Below, in pieces: positions 26,545 to 35,986 of a DNA stretch of 64,000 bases. Under the pieces are notes generated by a model. It was not told the origin of the DNA. It did not search any database and saw only the letters and a program-made list of their open reading frames with translations. Each line of letters starts with the position of its first letter. The first letter of the stretch is position 1. Location: positions 30,183 to 94,182 of the forward strand of contig CANQQT010000001.1 of assembly GCA_947626065.1 (NCBI GenBank), read 5' to 3'. Position numbers and translations under genes: made by a program. Source of the stretch: an uncultured Clostridia bacterium (GTDB lineage: Bacteria > Bacillota > Clostridia > Oscillospirales > CAG-272).

Positions 26545-27957
26545 TTATTCCTGACGAATGGAACGGATTAAATCGTTGAGCTCCGTTTCAAACTCCGGGT
26601 CGGAGGCCATTCTCTTTTCCACCGTGTCGATGGAATTGATGATGGTGGTGTGATCGCGGTTGAATTCCTTTCCGATGGCGGGAAGGGAGCGGTCGGTCAG
26701 CTTTTTGATGATGTAGACGGCGACGTGACGGGCCGTGGCGATGTTGCTTGTCCGCTTTTTGCTCTTGATGTCCTCCACGGGGATGTTGTAGTGGGAAGAA
26801 ACCGAGTGGAGAATTTTGTCTATGGTGACGCTGACGGGCTCAGAGCCGACGATTTTGTCGGAGAGACAGCGCACAGCGAGGTCGAGGGTGATGTCGGCGC
26901 CGGTCAGCATACTCTGCGCACCGATTTTTTTCACGGCGCCTTCCAGCTGACGGACGTTGCTCTTTAAATTTTCCGCAATGTAGGTCATCACGTCATCGGG
27001 GACGGTGATGCCGAGGGCGGAGGCCTTCAATTTGATGATGGCAATTCGGAGCTCAAGGTCGGGTGGCTCGATGTCGGCGGAAAGGCCGGACTCAAAGCGG
27101 GAGCGGAGACGGTCCTCAAGGAGCTTGATGTCGCGGGGAGGACGGTCGGAAGTCAGAATAATCTGGCGGTTGTGCTCGTAAAGGTCGTTGAAGGTGTGGA
27201 AAAATTCCTCCTGCGTGGCCGGTCGGCCGGCGATGAACTGAATGTCGTCGATGAGAAGAACGTCGGATTTTCGGTATTTCTCTCGAAATTCCGAATTCAG
27301 ATTCTTGCTGATCGAATCGATCATCTGATTGGTGAATTCCTCTCCCTTGACGTAGACCACCTTGTAGTCGGGAAAATTCTTTTTTATACGCTCGGTGATG
27401 GCGTAGAGAAGATGAGTTTTTCCGAGTCCGGAGGGGCCGTAGATGAAGAGAGGATTGTATTGCCGGGCGGGGTGAGTAGCCACCGCGAGGGCCGCGGCGT
27501 GGGCAAATTTGTTGGAGTTTCCTACAACAAAATTTTCAAAGGTGTATTCCGAAAAGGCGGCGGGAACGGAGGCGCGGTTCAGAACCTTCGCTGAGCCGAC
27601 GGTGGAGTAAAAGTCGGTTTCCGGATTGATTTTCCTGTCGTTCTTCTCTACCTCCACCTTCATTTTTTCGGTGATTTCCTCCTCCGATTCAAGAGAGCGG
27701 ACAGAGACGGACACGGGAAAGCCGAGAACCTGTGCGAGGGAAGAGGAGATTTTGTCCAAAAACCGTTTGGTGATGATGTCCCGCTTGAAATTGCTTTTGG
27801 CGAGAAAAACGGCGGTATCCTCGGTAAGGATCGAGAGCTTGAGGTCGGAAAACCAAAGCCTTAAGGAGGTCTCGTCGAGATCGTTCTGATTTTTCATTTT
27901 TTCCAGTGTTTGAGACCAGATCTCATCAAAAGGAGAAACGTCGGAAAAAGAAGTCAT
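26545..27957 (-). CDS. dnaA: Chromosomal replication initiator protein DnaA
   Basis: AAA+ Walker A GPSGLGKTHL, LLIDDIQF, and the domain IV signature (HTTIINS). Confidence 0.97.
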   Translation of the reverse strand: MTSFSDVSPFDEIWSQTLEKMKNQNDLDETSLRLWFSDLKLSILTEDTAVFLAKSNFKRDIITKRFLDKISSSLAQVLGFPVSVSVRSLESEEEITEKMKVEVEKNDRKINPETDFYSTVGSAKVLNRASVPAAFSEYTFENFVVGNSNKFAHAAALAVATHPARQYNPLFIYGPSGLGKTHLLYAITERIKKNFPDYKVVYVKGEEFTNQMIDSISKNLNSEFREKYRKSDVLLIDDIQFIAGRPATQEEFFHTFNDLYEHNRQIILTSDRPPRDIKLLEDRLRSRFESGLSADIEPPDLELRIAIIKLKASALGITVPDDVMTYIAENLKSNVRQLEGAVKKIGAQSMLTGADITLDLAVRCLSDKIVGSEPVSVTIDKILHSVSSHYNIPVEDIKSKKRTSNIATARHVAVYIIKKLTDRSLPAIGKEFNRDHTTIINSIDTVEKRMASDPEFETELNDLIRSIRQE

Positions 27958-27996
27958 TAGCAGGAAAAATCCTTTCCTTGAATGAATTTGAAGGGA

Positions 27997-29472
27997 TTAA
28001 AGAAGTCTCGGAAAAAGCGATTTCATCGAGGGATAAATTTCTTTGAATTTGCGGTATTTTTCCTCATAGCGGGAGACGAGGAGAGGGTTTGGTTCTTCTT
28101 GAGAGGAGAAGGAAACCAAGCTTTGACAGGCTTCTTCTACAGAAGAAAATTTTCCACAGCAAACCATGGAAAGCAAAGCCGCGCCGTAGCCGGGCCCTTG
28201 TTCCTTTTCGGGAAGGGTGAGCGTGAGGGAAAGAACCGAGGAGAGAATTTTGCGCCAGAGGGGAGATTTTGCCCCTCCTCCGCAAAGGGAGGCCCTTGGG
28301 AGTGAAGGAAGTCCCGCCTCCTCAAAACAGTCGCGAAAAGCGAAAGCAACGCCTTCAAGGACCGCAAGCGTCATCTCCTCTCGCGTCGTGTCGAGGGAAA
28401 GGCCGAGGAAGGCGCCTCTTGCAAAGGGATCGTTTAAAGGACTCCTCTCTCCCATCAGATAGGGAAGAAAGAAGAGATGCCCGGTGCCGAGGGCGTCGGG
28501 GGAAATCTTTTTTTGCTCTCCTGCAAGATCGGAGGTGTTTAAAATCTTCTCTGTCCACCAGCCGAAGGCGCTTGCGGCTGAGAGAATGCAGCCGAGAAGG
28601 CACCAGCTTCCGTCGGCGTGGGCAAAGGAGTGAATGGCCCCCGAGGGGTCGGAAAGAAAGCGACTTGAGGAGAGAAAAAGCGTGCCGGAGGTTCCGAGGG
28701 AAAGGTTGCATTTCCCGTTTCCCACCGTGCCGGTGCCGACGGCGGCCGCCGCGTTGTCTCCGGCTCCCGCGCAGACAAGAACCGAAGAAGGAAGCCCAAA
28801 ATTTTTGGCGAGAGAAGGGAGAAGAGTGCCGACGGGGGCGTAGCTTTCATAAAGGGTGGGGAGCTGATTCTCTTCGATGCCGCAGAGGGTGAGCATTTTC
28901 TTCGACCAAACTTTCTTTTCCACATTCAGAAGAAGGGTTCCGGAAGCGTCGGAGTAATCGGTGGAGAAAACGCCGGTCAAAAGATAGACGAGATAATCCT
29001 TCGGAAGGAGAATTTTTCTTATCCTCTGAAATTTTTCCGGTTCATGCTCCTTCATCCAAAGGAGCTTGGGCGCGGTAAAGCCGGGAAAAGCGAGGTTGGA
29101 GGTCTCCTCCTTTAAGGTCTCTTTTCCGATCGAAGCATTGAGAAAGGAGGTTTCTTTTTCTGTCCGGTTGTCGTTCCAGAGAATCGCCGGACGAAGGGAA
29201 AGAAAATTTTCGTCAAGGGCCACAAGCCCGTGCATCTGCCCTGCAATGCCGATTCCGCGAAGATTTTTCTTTTCCTCTTCTGAGAGAAAAGAGGGCAGGG
29301 CAGAGAAAAGCGCGTCCCGCCAGTCCTCCGGGCGCTGCTCACACCAGCCGTCGGCGGGAAACAGAAGCGGGTAATTTTTTGAAAGCTCCCTTTTCACATT
29401 CCCGAGCCCGTCCACAAGAAGAAGCTTCATCGAAGAGGTTCCCAGGTCAATGCCGAGAAAATAGTCCATCAA
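27997..29472 (-). CDS. FGGY-family carbohydrate kinase (xylulokinase-like)
   Basis: N-terminus GIDLGTSSMK, GQMHGLV, and the C-terminal GGGAKS motif. Confidence 0.85.
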   Translation of the reverse strand: MMDYFLGIDLGTSSMKLLLVDGLGNVKRELSKNYPLLFPADGWCEQRPEDWRDALFSALPSFLSEEEKKNLRGIGIAGQMHGLVALDENFLSLRPAILWNDNRTEKETSFLNASIGKETLKEETSNLAFPGFTAPKLLWMKEHEPEKFQRIRKILLPKDYLVYLLTGVFSTDYSDASGTLLLNVEKKVWSKKMLTLCGIEENQLPTLYESYAPVGTLLPSLAKNFGLPSSVLVCAGAGDNAAAAVGTGTVGNGKCNLSLGTSGTLFLSSSRFLSDPSGAIHSFAHADGSWCLLGCILSAASAFGWWTEKILNTSDLAGEQKKISPDALGTGHLFFLPYLMGERSPLNDPFARGAFLGLSLDTTREEMTLAVLEGVAFAFRDCFEEAGLPSLPRASLCGGGAKSPLWRKILSSVLSLTLTLPEKEQGPGYGAALLSMVCCGKFSSVEEACQSLVSFSSQEEPNPLLVSRYEEKYRKFKEIYPSMKSLFPRLL

Positions 29473-29518
29473 AGCCTCCAGAATCTATATACTCTCTACT
29501 ATCAATGAAGATAGATAT

Positions 29519-29547
29519 ATTATAGTATATTTTCCGGAGTTTTTCAA
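29519..29547 (-). promoter_or_regulatory. Sigma-A type promoter (TTGAAA-17-TATAAT on the minus strand) for the kinase gene and possibly dnaA
   Basis: Reverse complement of 29542-29547 is TTGAAA and of 29519-29524 is TATAAT. Confidence 0.6.
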
Positions 29548-29587
29548 CAGGTAAAGCAAAATATTACAGAAATGTTACATTTGAAAA

Positions 29588-29623
29588 GAAAAAAAAGCTC
29601 CGGCAGTCGGGGGACTGCCGGAG
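29588..29623 (-). terminator. Rho-independent terminator of rny
   Basis: On the minus strand, CTCCGGCAGTC-cccc-GACTGCCGGAG followed by CTTTTTTTT. Confidence 0.85.
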
Positions 29624-29747
29624 AGGGGTAACATAAATAGATTCTATATACAATAGCAGCAGGGCTGCCGGATTTTTCCATTCGGCTCTATAGAAAAAAT
29701 CTATTTATAAACGGCACACAGGCACGGAAGGGCAAAAGCGGAACCGA

Positions 29748-31295
29748 TTATTTGGCGTAATCGATCGCACGGCTTTCGCGGATCAGGTGAATCTTGATCT
29801 GCCCGGGGTATTCCATACTGGACTCGATCTTCTTTACAATTTCCCGCGCGGTGAGGACCATCTGGTCGTCGTTGATTTCCTCCGGCTTGACCATGACGCG
29901 GATTTCGCGTCCTGCCTGAATGGCAAAGGATTTTTCGATGCCGGGGAAGGAATTGGCGATTTCCTCCAGCTTCTGAAGTCTCTTCAGATAGTTTTCAAGA
30001 TCCTCGCGGCGGGCTCCGGGTCTTGCCGCGGAAATGGCGTCGGCCGCCTGAACGATGACGGCGACGACCGTTTGAGGCTCAACGTCGTTGTGATGCGCTT
30101 CAATCGCGTGAATGACGTCGCGGTTTTCCTTGTATTTTCTCGCAATGTCAATTCCGATCTGAACGTGGGAGCCCTCCACCTCCTGCGTCATGGCCTTTCC
30201 GATGTCGTGGAGCAGGCCGGCGCGTTTGGCAAGGGTGCTGTCGACGCCGAGCTCGTCGGCGATAATTCCGGCAATATGGGAAACCTCGATGGAATGATCC
30301 AGTACGTTTTGCCCGTAGCTGGTGCGGTAGCGGAGACGGCCGAGGAGCTTGACAAGCTCGCTGTTGAGTCCGTGAACACCGGTTTCAAAGGTGGCGCGGT
30401 CGCCGGCCTGTTTGATGATGTTCTCGACCTCCCGACGGGCCTTTTCGACGGTTTCCTCAATCCTTGTCGGATGAATCCGCCCGTCGGAAATCAGCTTTTC
30501 AAGAGCCAATCTTGCAATTTCGCGTCTTATGGGGTCAAAGCAGGACACCGTGATGGTTTCCGGCGTGTCGTCGATGATGAGATCGACGCCGGTCATCGTT
30601 TCGATGGTCCGTATGTTCCGCCCTTCCCGTCCGATGATGCGGCCCTTCATGTCGTCGTTGGGAAGAGAGACGACGGAAACGGTCGCTTCCGAGACGTGGT
30701 CGGCGGCACAGCGCTGAATAGCAAGGGAAATGATTTTCTTCGCCTTCTGATCGGCGCTTTCCTTGAGCTGCGATTCGATTTCGACGATTTTCATCGCCGC
30801 CTCGTGCTTGATGTCGCCTTCGATCTGACGAATCAGCTCCGCCTTGGCGTCCTCGCGGGAGAGGCCGGCGACGGCTTCCAGCTTATCCAGCTGTTGCTGC
30901 TTGATCTGCTCGGTCTGCTCGACGAGGTCGGTCTGTTCCTTGATTTTGCGGTTCAGGACTTCTTCCTTGTGCTCGTAGCTTTCAATCTTTTTCTCAAGGG
31001 TCTCTTCCCGCTGAACGGCGCGCCGCTCAAGTCTTGTGACTTCGTTTCTGCGCTCTTTGATTTCCCGTTCCGCTTCGTTCTTATCCTTGAGAATCTTTTC
31101 CTTGGCTTCAAGCAGGGCTTCCTTTTTCAAGGATTCCGCTGTCTTTTCGCTGTCTTCGATGATCCGTTGTGCCTGCTGTTCCGCGGATCCGATTTTCGCT
31201 TCCGAGATTTTTTTACGGATAAGGAAGCCGACGAGGCCGCCGAGCAAAGCGCCGACGACGGCACAAACAGCGCAGAGAATAACTTTTTCTACCAT
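29748..31295 (-). CDS. rny: Ribonuclease Y
   Basis: N-terminal TM helix, coiled coil, KH domain ([12 protein letters not shown]) and HD domain (LLHDIGK). Confidence 0.95.
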   Translation of the reverse strand: MVEKVILCAVCAVVGALLGGLVGFLIRKKISEAKIGSAEQQAQRIIEDSEKTAESLKKEALLEAKEKILKDKNEAEREIKERRNEVTRLERRAVQREETLEKKIESYEHKEEVLNRKIKEQTDLVEQTEQIKQQQLDKLEAVAGLSREDAKAELIRQIEGDIKHEAAMKIVEIESQLKESADQKAKKIISLAIQRCAADHVSEATVSVVSLPNDDMKGRIIGREGRNIRTIETMTGVDLIIDDTPETITVSCFDPIRREIARLALEKLISDGRIHPTRIEETVEKARREVENIIKQAGDRATFETGVHGLNSELVKLLGRLRYRTSYGQNVLDHSIEVSHIAGIIADELGVDSTLAKRAGLLHDIGKAMTQEVEGSHVQIGIDIARKYKENRDVIHAIEAHHNDVEPQTVVAVIVQAADAISAARPGARREDLENYLKRLQKLEEIANSFPGIEKSFAIQAGREIRVMVKPEEINDDQMVLTAREIVKKIESSMEYPGQIKIHLIRESRAIDYAK

Positions 31296-31350
31296 AATAC
31301 ACCTCCTTGATTTTTATTTATGAAGTACCGAAATACTTACATATAATATT

Positions 31351-31379
31351 ATTCTAATAAATTTTTTCCCCTTTGTCAA
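31351..31379 (-). promoter_or_regulatory. Sigma-A type promoter for rny (TTGACA-17-TAGAAT on the minus strand)
   Basis: Reverse complement of 31374-31379 is TTGACA and of 31351-31356 is TAGAAT. Confidence 0.6.
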
Positions 31380-31899
31380 TAGGTTTTGTTAAATTCGTTA
31401 TGAAATCCGCGTAATCTTCCGGGCAGGAGGCCTTTTTCCTTGAAAAAGGGGAGAAAAAAGACGGCAAAAACAGGAAAGAAAGGGAATGAGAGGAGAATTT
31501 TTGCGGATATGGGGAAAAAGTTTTTCCCGGGGAGGAGAGGGAAGGGAGAGGAAATATTGCAAAAGAAAAGGGTGCATACGGAGGAACACGGAAGACGGAT
31601 TTTTTAAAACCGGCGCGTCTCTGCGTTTGCCGGGGAAGAAAGGCCGAAAAGGGAACCACGCAACCCGCGGGCGCCGCCGTCAGAGTAGGGCCCTCTTTCG
31701 CTTGGTCATGAAACCAACTGTGCGGATTCCTTTTGTATTTTATGCAGACAACCGCCCGCTTTGCGGGATCTTTTCCCTTTTCTTTCTTGTAACACCGAAA
31801 AATCGTAAATTCCCGACCAAACCGCCGCTTTTAACTTGCACTGCTTCCTTTCCTTTGAGAATTTATTCGCAAAATTTTGTAAAAAAAGAAAACTTCTCC

Positions 31900-31928
31900 T
31901 TGACTTTTTCTCACGCATATGCTATACT
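31900..31928 (+). promoter_or_regulatory. Sigma-A type promoter (TTGACT-17-TATACT) with a ~95-nt leader before the GNAT gene
   Basis: TTGACT at 31900-31905 and TATACT at 31923-31928. Confidence 0.55.
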
Positions 31929-32027
31929 GAAACCGAAATTAGCGGAAAAACCGCGAAGGGCAGAGAAAACAGCCGCGCCCGCAGGACTTCGCAGCCCGCC
32001 CCGGCGGTACGGCTTTTTGAAACGCTT

Positions 32028-32510
32028 ATGGAAAGTCTGCACAAGATACGGAGGGCGGAGGTGCGGGATATTCCCCGTCTTCTTGCCCTTTTGGTTCAGG
32101 TGGATATGGTTCACCACAACGCCCGGCCCGACCTTTTTCGGGGTCCGGCGACAAAATATACGGCGGAAGAGCTGAAAGAAATTCTTTGCGACGACAAGCG
32201 GCCGATTTTTGTCTCAACCGACGGGGAGGACCGCGTGCTCGGCTACGCCTTCTGCATTGTGAAGCAAGCCGAGAACGACAGCATTCTCACCGACATCAAG
32301 ACCTTATACCTTGACGACCTCTGTGTCGACGAGGCTTTCCGGCGGCAGAGGATCGGGCAGGAGCTTTACGACCACTGCCTGTCCTACGCAAAGGAAATCG
32401 GTTGCTACAATCTGACCCTGAACGTCTGGGCGGACAATCCCGGAGCCATGCGGTTCTATGAAAAATGCGGCCTTGTCCCTCAGAAAATCGGCCTGGAGAA
32501 GATTCTTTAA
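32028..32510 (+). CDS. GNAT-family N-acetyltransferase
   Basis: The acetyl-CoA motif RRQRIGQELY is present. The start is moved to ATG 32028 because the upstream 64 codons of the track ORF overlap the promoter. Confidence 0.8.
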   Translation: MESLHKIRRAEVRDIPRLLALLVQVDMVHHNARPDLFRGPATKYTAEELKEILCDDKRPIFVSTDGEDRVLGYAFCIVKQAENDSILTDIKTLYLDDLCVDEAFRRQRIGQELYDHCLSYAKEIGCYNLTLNVWADNPGAMRFYEKCGLVPQKIGLEKIL

Positions 32511-32558
32511 CCGAGCCGGAGTCGGATTTCGGAAAAGACGCCTTGAAGGAGAGTCGGC

Positions 32559-33470
32559 ATGGAAGAGGTTCGCCTTTGCAGTCTTTGTCCCCGGGCGTGT
32601 CTTGTCGACCGGCGGCGGGAGCGCGGGGCTTGCGGCTGCGGAGAGACGCTCCGCGTGGCAAGGGCCGCGCCTCATTTTTGGGAGGAACCCTGTCTTTCCG
32701 GGAAAAACGGTTCGGGGACGGTCTTTTTTTCCGGCTGTAACCTTCGCTGTATTTTCTGCCAGAACCGCCCGATTTCCTCCGGCTATGAAGGGCTCGATAT
32801 TTCCGTCGAGCGGCTGAGCGAAATTTTTCTCGAGCTTCAGTCGGCAGGCGTGCACAACATCAACCTCGTGACGCCGACGCCGTGGGCAGACAAAATCAAA
32901 GCCGCGCTGAACCGCGCGTGGAAAAACGGCCTTTTTCTTCCGGTTATCTACAATTCCGGCGGATACGAGCGGGTGGAGACGCTGAGGGCCCTGCGGGGAG
33001 ATATCAGCATCTATCTGCCCGATTTCAAATATATGGACGAGGCGCTCGCCGAGAGGCTTTCCGGCGCCGCCGACTACCCCGAGCAGGCCAAACGAGCGCT
33101 TGCCGAAATGATGGAACAGCGGGGACGGGCGGTCTTCGACCGGGACGGAATGATGACGCGGGGCGTGCTTGTCCGCCACCTGGTTTTGCCGGGTCACAGC
33201 GACGACTCGGTGAAATTTCTTGACTATCTGAGAGCGGAATACCGGGACGACATCTGGGTCAGCATTATGAATCAGTATACGCCGATGCCGGGCATGAAGG
33301 GAGAGCTGGCGAACCGTCTTTCGGTGGAGGAATACCGGGCGGTGACCGACTATGCGCTTTCTATAGGCTTCAAAAACGGATTTTTTCAGGAGGGAGAGGC
33401 GGCGGCCGAGAGCTTCGTTCCGGAGTGGAACGGCCTGGGCGTTCTTTCCCCGCGGCAGTCGGGGGCATAG
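32559..33470 (+). CDS. Radical SAM protein, PflX-like (putative glycyl-radical/other activase family)
   Basis: CNLRCIFCQN cluster motif preceded by a Cys-rich N-terminus (CSLCPRAC...CGC). Confidence 0.8.
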   Translation: MEEVRLCSLCPRACLVDRRRERGACGCGETLRVARAAPHFWEEPCLSGKNGSGTVFFSGCNLRCIFCQNRPISSGYEGLDISVERLSEIFLELQSAGVHNINLVTPTPWADKIKAALNRAWKNGLFLPVIYNSGGYERVETLRALRGDISIYLPDFKYMDEALAERLSGAADYPEQAKRALAEMMEQRGRAVFDRDGMMTRGVLVRHLVLPGHSDDSVKFLDYLRAEYRDDIWVSIMNQYTPMPGMKGELANRLSVEEYRAVTDYALSIGFKNGFFQEGEAAAESFVPEWNGLGVLSPRQSGA

Positions 33471-33563
33471 CTCCCTTTTGACGGTCTTTTCCGTTTCCGT
33501 TTTGTGAGTCTTCTTTCTTTTTTTGCCGGGCCCCAACGGTGAGGAGGAAGGAAGGCGATTTTT

Positions 33564-35963
33564 TTGCGACTCTTTTTTGACGCCGTGGAGAAAAGGCCCC
33601 TGCTTTTCTTTCTTGCGAGCTTTTCCTGCACGGTGTTTTTTCTCGGATTTGCGGGAATGACGGTGCGGTTTTTTGCCGTGCTGTTTTTTCTTTTCTGCGC
33701 GGCGGGGCTTTTTCTTTTCAAGCTCCTTTCCCCTTTTCGCTCAAAGACCCTTCCGGTCTCTCATCTCGTTTCCCTCTTCCTCGCCGCGTCTCTTGGCGCC
33801 GGGAATTCCTTTCTTTTCTCTCTTTCGGTCGAAAAGGTCACATCCTATGCGGGTAAAAGCGTGCGGGTCGTCGCTCAGGTGATGGAGGTCGATTTCGTTT
33901 CCGATTATGCCGCCTCTTATACCGTCAGAGTAAAGCAGATCGACGGGGAAAAGACGGAATTTCCCGCCAAGCTCTCCTTTGAGCGGGAGTATACCGCCGC
34001 GCGGGACGACCTTCTCACCCTTTCGGTAACCTTTTCCCTTCCGGAAGAATCGGCGGACGGCTTTCCGCTTCGGAACTATTACGCCTCAAAGGGAATCTAT
34101 CTTGTGGCGGAGGTAGAGGAAGGAGAGATCCTTTTTTCCGAGGGATCCCCCGGGCCCCTCTCCTTTTTCCGCTCCCTGTCCGACCGCCTGACGGCCAAGC
34201 TGCGCTTCTGGATGAAGGAGGAGACGGGAGGGCTGGCCTCCGCGCTTCTTTTGGGGAGAAGGGAGGAGCTTTCCGACCGACAGAAACGGGATTTTCGCTT
34301 TTTGGGCCTCTCGCATCTCCTGGCGATAAGCGGTCTGCATCTCTCGGTGCTTGTCGGAGGATGGGATTTTCTTCTCCGGCTGGCGAGACTTCCCCGGCGG
34401 CTCCGTTTTGTCCTTGACACGGCGCTGATTTTCTTCTTTCTCTTCCTCGTCGGCTTCCCCGCCTCCCTTTTGCGGGCGGGCATCATGATGATTCTTTACC
34501 TTGCGGCGGGCTGTTTTGGCCGCCGTCCCGATTCCCTCACCTCTCTTTTTGTCGCCGTTTCGGTCATCCTTCTTTTCACCCCTTCCTCGGCGACCGACGT
34601 CGGTCTCCTTCTCTCCTTCTCCTCCACCCTCGGGCTGGTCACGCTCGGCAGTCGGCTCTCGGGGGCCATCGGGAGAAAAACGAGGGAAAAATCCCTGCTT
34701 ATCCGGTGGGGCGGGAGGCTTCTTTCCTCAATATGTGTCACCCTGTCGGCGGTTTTCTTCACGCTTCCGGTGACGTGGCTCTTTTTCGGGGAGTTTTCTG
34801 TCGTCTCCCCTCTCAGCAATCTTTTCGCCGTTCCCCTCTCGGCGGTTTTTCTCTTCCTTTCGGTGGGCGTTCTTCTCCTTACCGGCGGGCCTCTCTTCAC
34901 CTTCTTCCTTCACGCCGCCGTCGCGGTGGGCAATCTGCTCTTGTATACGGTGAGCTTTTTCGGAGAAAGGGTTCCGGAGCCGGTCTCTCTTCGCTACGGA
35001 TTTACGCCCTTTGCCTTCCTCGCCGCCGCGCTTTCCCTTTTGCTTCTTTTTAAGATAAAGCCAAGGAAAACGCGGCATTTTTTGCTTCCCCTCGCGGTTT
35101 GGGCCGCGGTTTTCAGCGTCGGATGGGCGAGCGCCGTGCTTATGCGGGGAGACCGCGCGGTTCTGCTCGCCGTCAACAGAGGGAAAAACGACTATCTCCT
35201 CATCGAAAGCCACGGGAAAACGCTTCTCTGCGACTTTTCGGACGGGAGCTACAGCAATCTTTCCCGCGCAGCGGAGCTCTGCAAGCAGGAGCTGAACGAT
35301 TCTTCCCTTGACGTCCTGCTCCTTACGCATCTTCACAACCGCCATATCGCCACCTTCCGCCGCCTGTCGGAGAGTCACCGGCTGACGCTTCTGTACCTGC
35401 CGGAGCCCTACGATGAAAAAACGGAGGAGATTGCGGGGGAGCTGATCAAGGAAGCGGAGGCGCGCGGGATTTCCGCTCTTCTCTATCCCTCGGAAGGTCC
35501 CGCGACCCTTTCCTTCTTCTCCTGCGAAATCACCCTGCCGGGCATCGCTTTTCTTTCCCGCTCGGTTCAGCCGATGGTAGGACTTCTTGTAGAGGCGGAG
35601 GGGCAGGCGTTCGGGTATATCGGCTCGTCGGCCTTTGAGTCGGAGGATCCCGCCTTCTTTGTCTCGGCAGTCGATCGGGCCACCTTCCTCTGGTTCGGCA
35701 TTCACGGGCCGATTGGGAAAAAGCCGCTTCCGGCGTTTCCGGAACGGGTGGGGGAAGAGGTACTTCTTTCTTCTGAGGAGGGCCGCGACCTTCTCCTTTC
35801 TGCCAATCCGACGCTTGCTCCCGACTGCCTACAGGGGGAGGGCGAAAACTTCCGCCGCGTAGTTCTCGAAAAAGAAAGGGCCGGGAGGAGCTTCTATCTG
35901 CCGGTCAGCACGGCGAATCTCCTGCACGAAAGAAAGCGTACCGCGCTTCAACCCCTTCGGTAA
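33564..35963 (+). CDS. comEC: DNA internalisation-related competence protein ComEC/Rec2
   Basis: A polytopic competence domain followed by a C-terminal metallo-beta-lactamase-like region (LLLTHLHNRH). TTG start after GAGGAGGAAGGAAGG. Confidence 0.8.
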   Translation: MRLFFDAVEKRPLLFFLASFSCTVFFLGFAGMTVRFFAVLFFLFCAAGLFLFKLLSPFRSKTLPVSHLVSLFLAASLGAGNSFLFSLSVEKVTSYAGKSVRVVAQVMEVDFVSDYAASYTVRVKQIDGEKTEFPAKLSFEREYTAARDDLLTLSVTFSLPEESADGFPLRNYYASKGIYLVAEVEEGEILFSEGSPGPLSFFRSLSDRLTAKLRFWMKEETGGLASALLLGRREELSDRQKRDFRFLGLSHLLAISGLHLSVLVGGWDFLLRLARLPRRLRFVLDTALIFFFLFLVGFPASLLRAGIMMILYLAAGCFGRRPDSLTSLFVAVSVILLFTPSSATDVGLLLSFSSTLGLVTLGSRLSGAIGRKTREKSLLIRWGGRLLSSICVTLSAVFFTLPVTWLFFGEFSVVSPLSNLFAVPLSAVFLFLSVGVLLLTGGPLFTFFLHAAVAVGNLLLYTVSFFGERVPEPVSLRYGFTPFAFLAAALSLLLLFKIKPRKTRHFLLPLAVWAAVFSVGWASAVLMRGDRAVLLAVNRGKNDYLLIESHGKTLLCDFSDGSYSNLSRAAELCKQELNDSSLDVLLLTHLHNRHIATFRRLSESHRLTLLYLPEPYDEKTEEIAGELIKEAEARGISALLYPSEGPATLSFFSCEITLPGIAFLSRSVQPMVGLLVEAEGQAFGYIGSSAFESEDPAFFVSAVDRATFLWFGIHGPIGKKPLPAFPERVGEEVLLSSEEGRDLLLSANPTLAPDCLQGEGENFRRVVLEKERAGRSFYLPVSTANLLHERKRTALQPLR

Positions 35964-35986
35964 TCGGATTTGCGTATCTTTGAGCC

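Noticed and set aside
29497-29512. tetO-like operator (TCTATC...GATAG) near the kinase promoter
   Set aside because: Only a 5-bp inverted repeat with a 6-nt spacer is present. It does not match the tetO half-site spacing, so it is mentioned only as a weak operator candidate.
29787-31310. 507-aa plus-strand ORF
   Set aside because: It lies antisense to rny.
32304-33536. 410-aa minus-strand ORF
   Set aside because: It lies antisense to the GNAT and PflX-like radical SAM genes.
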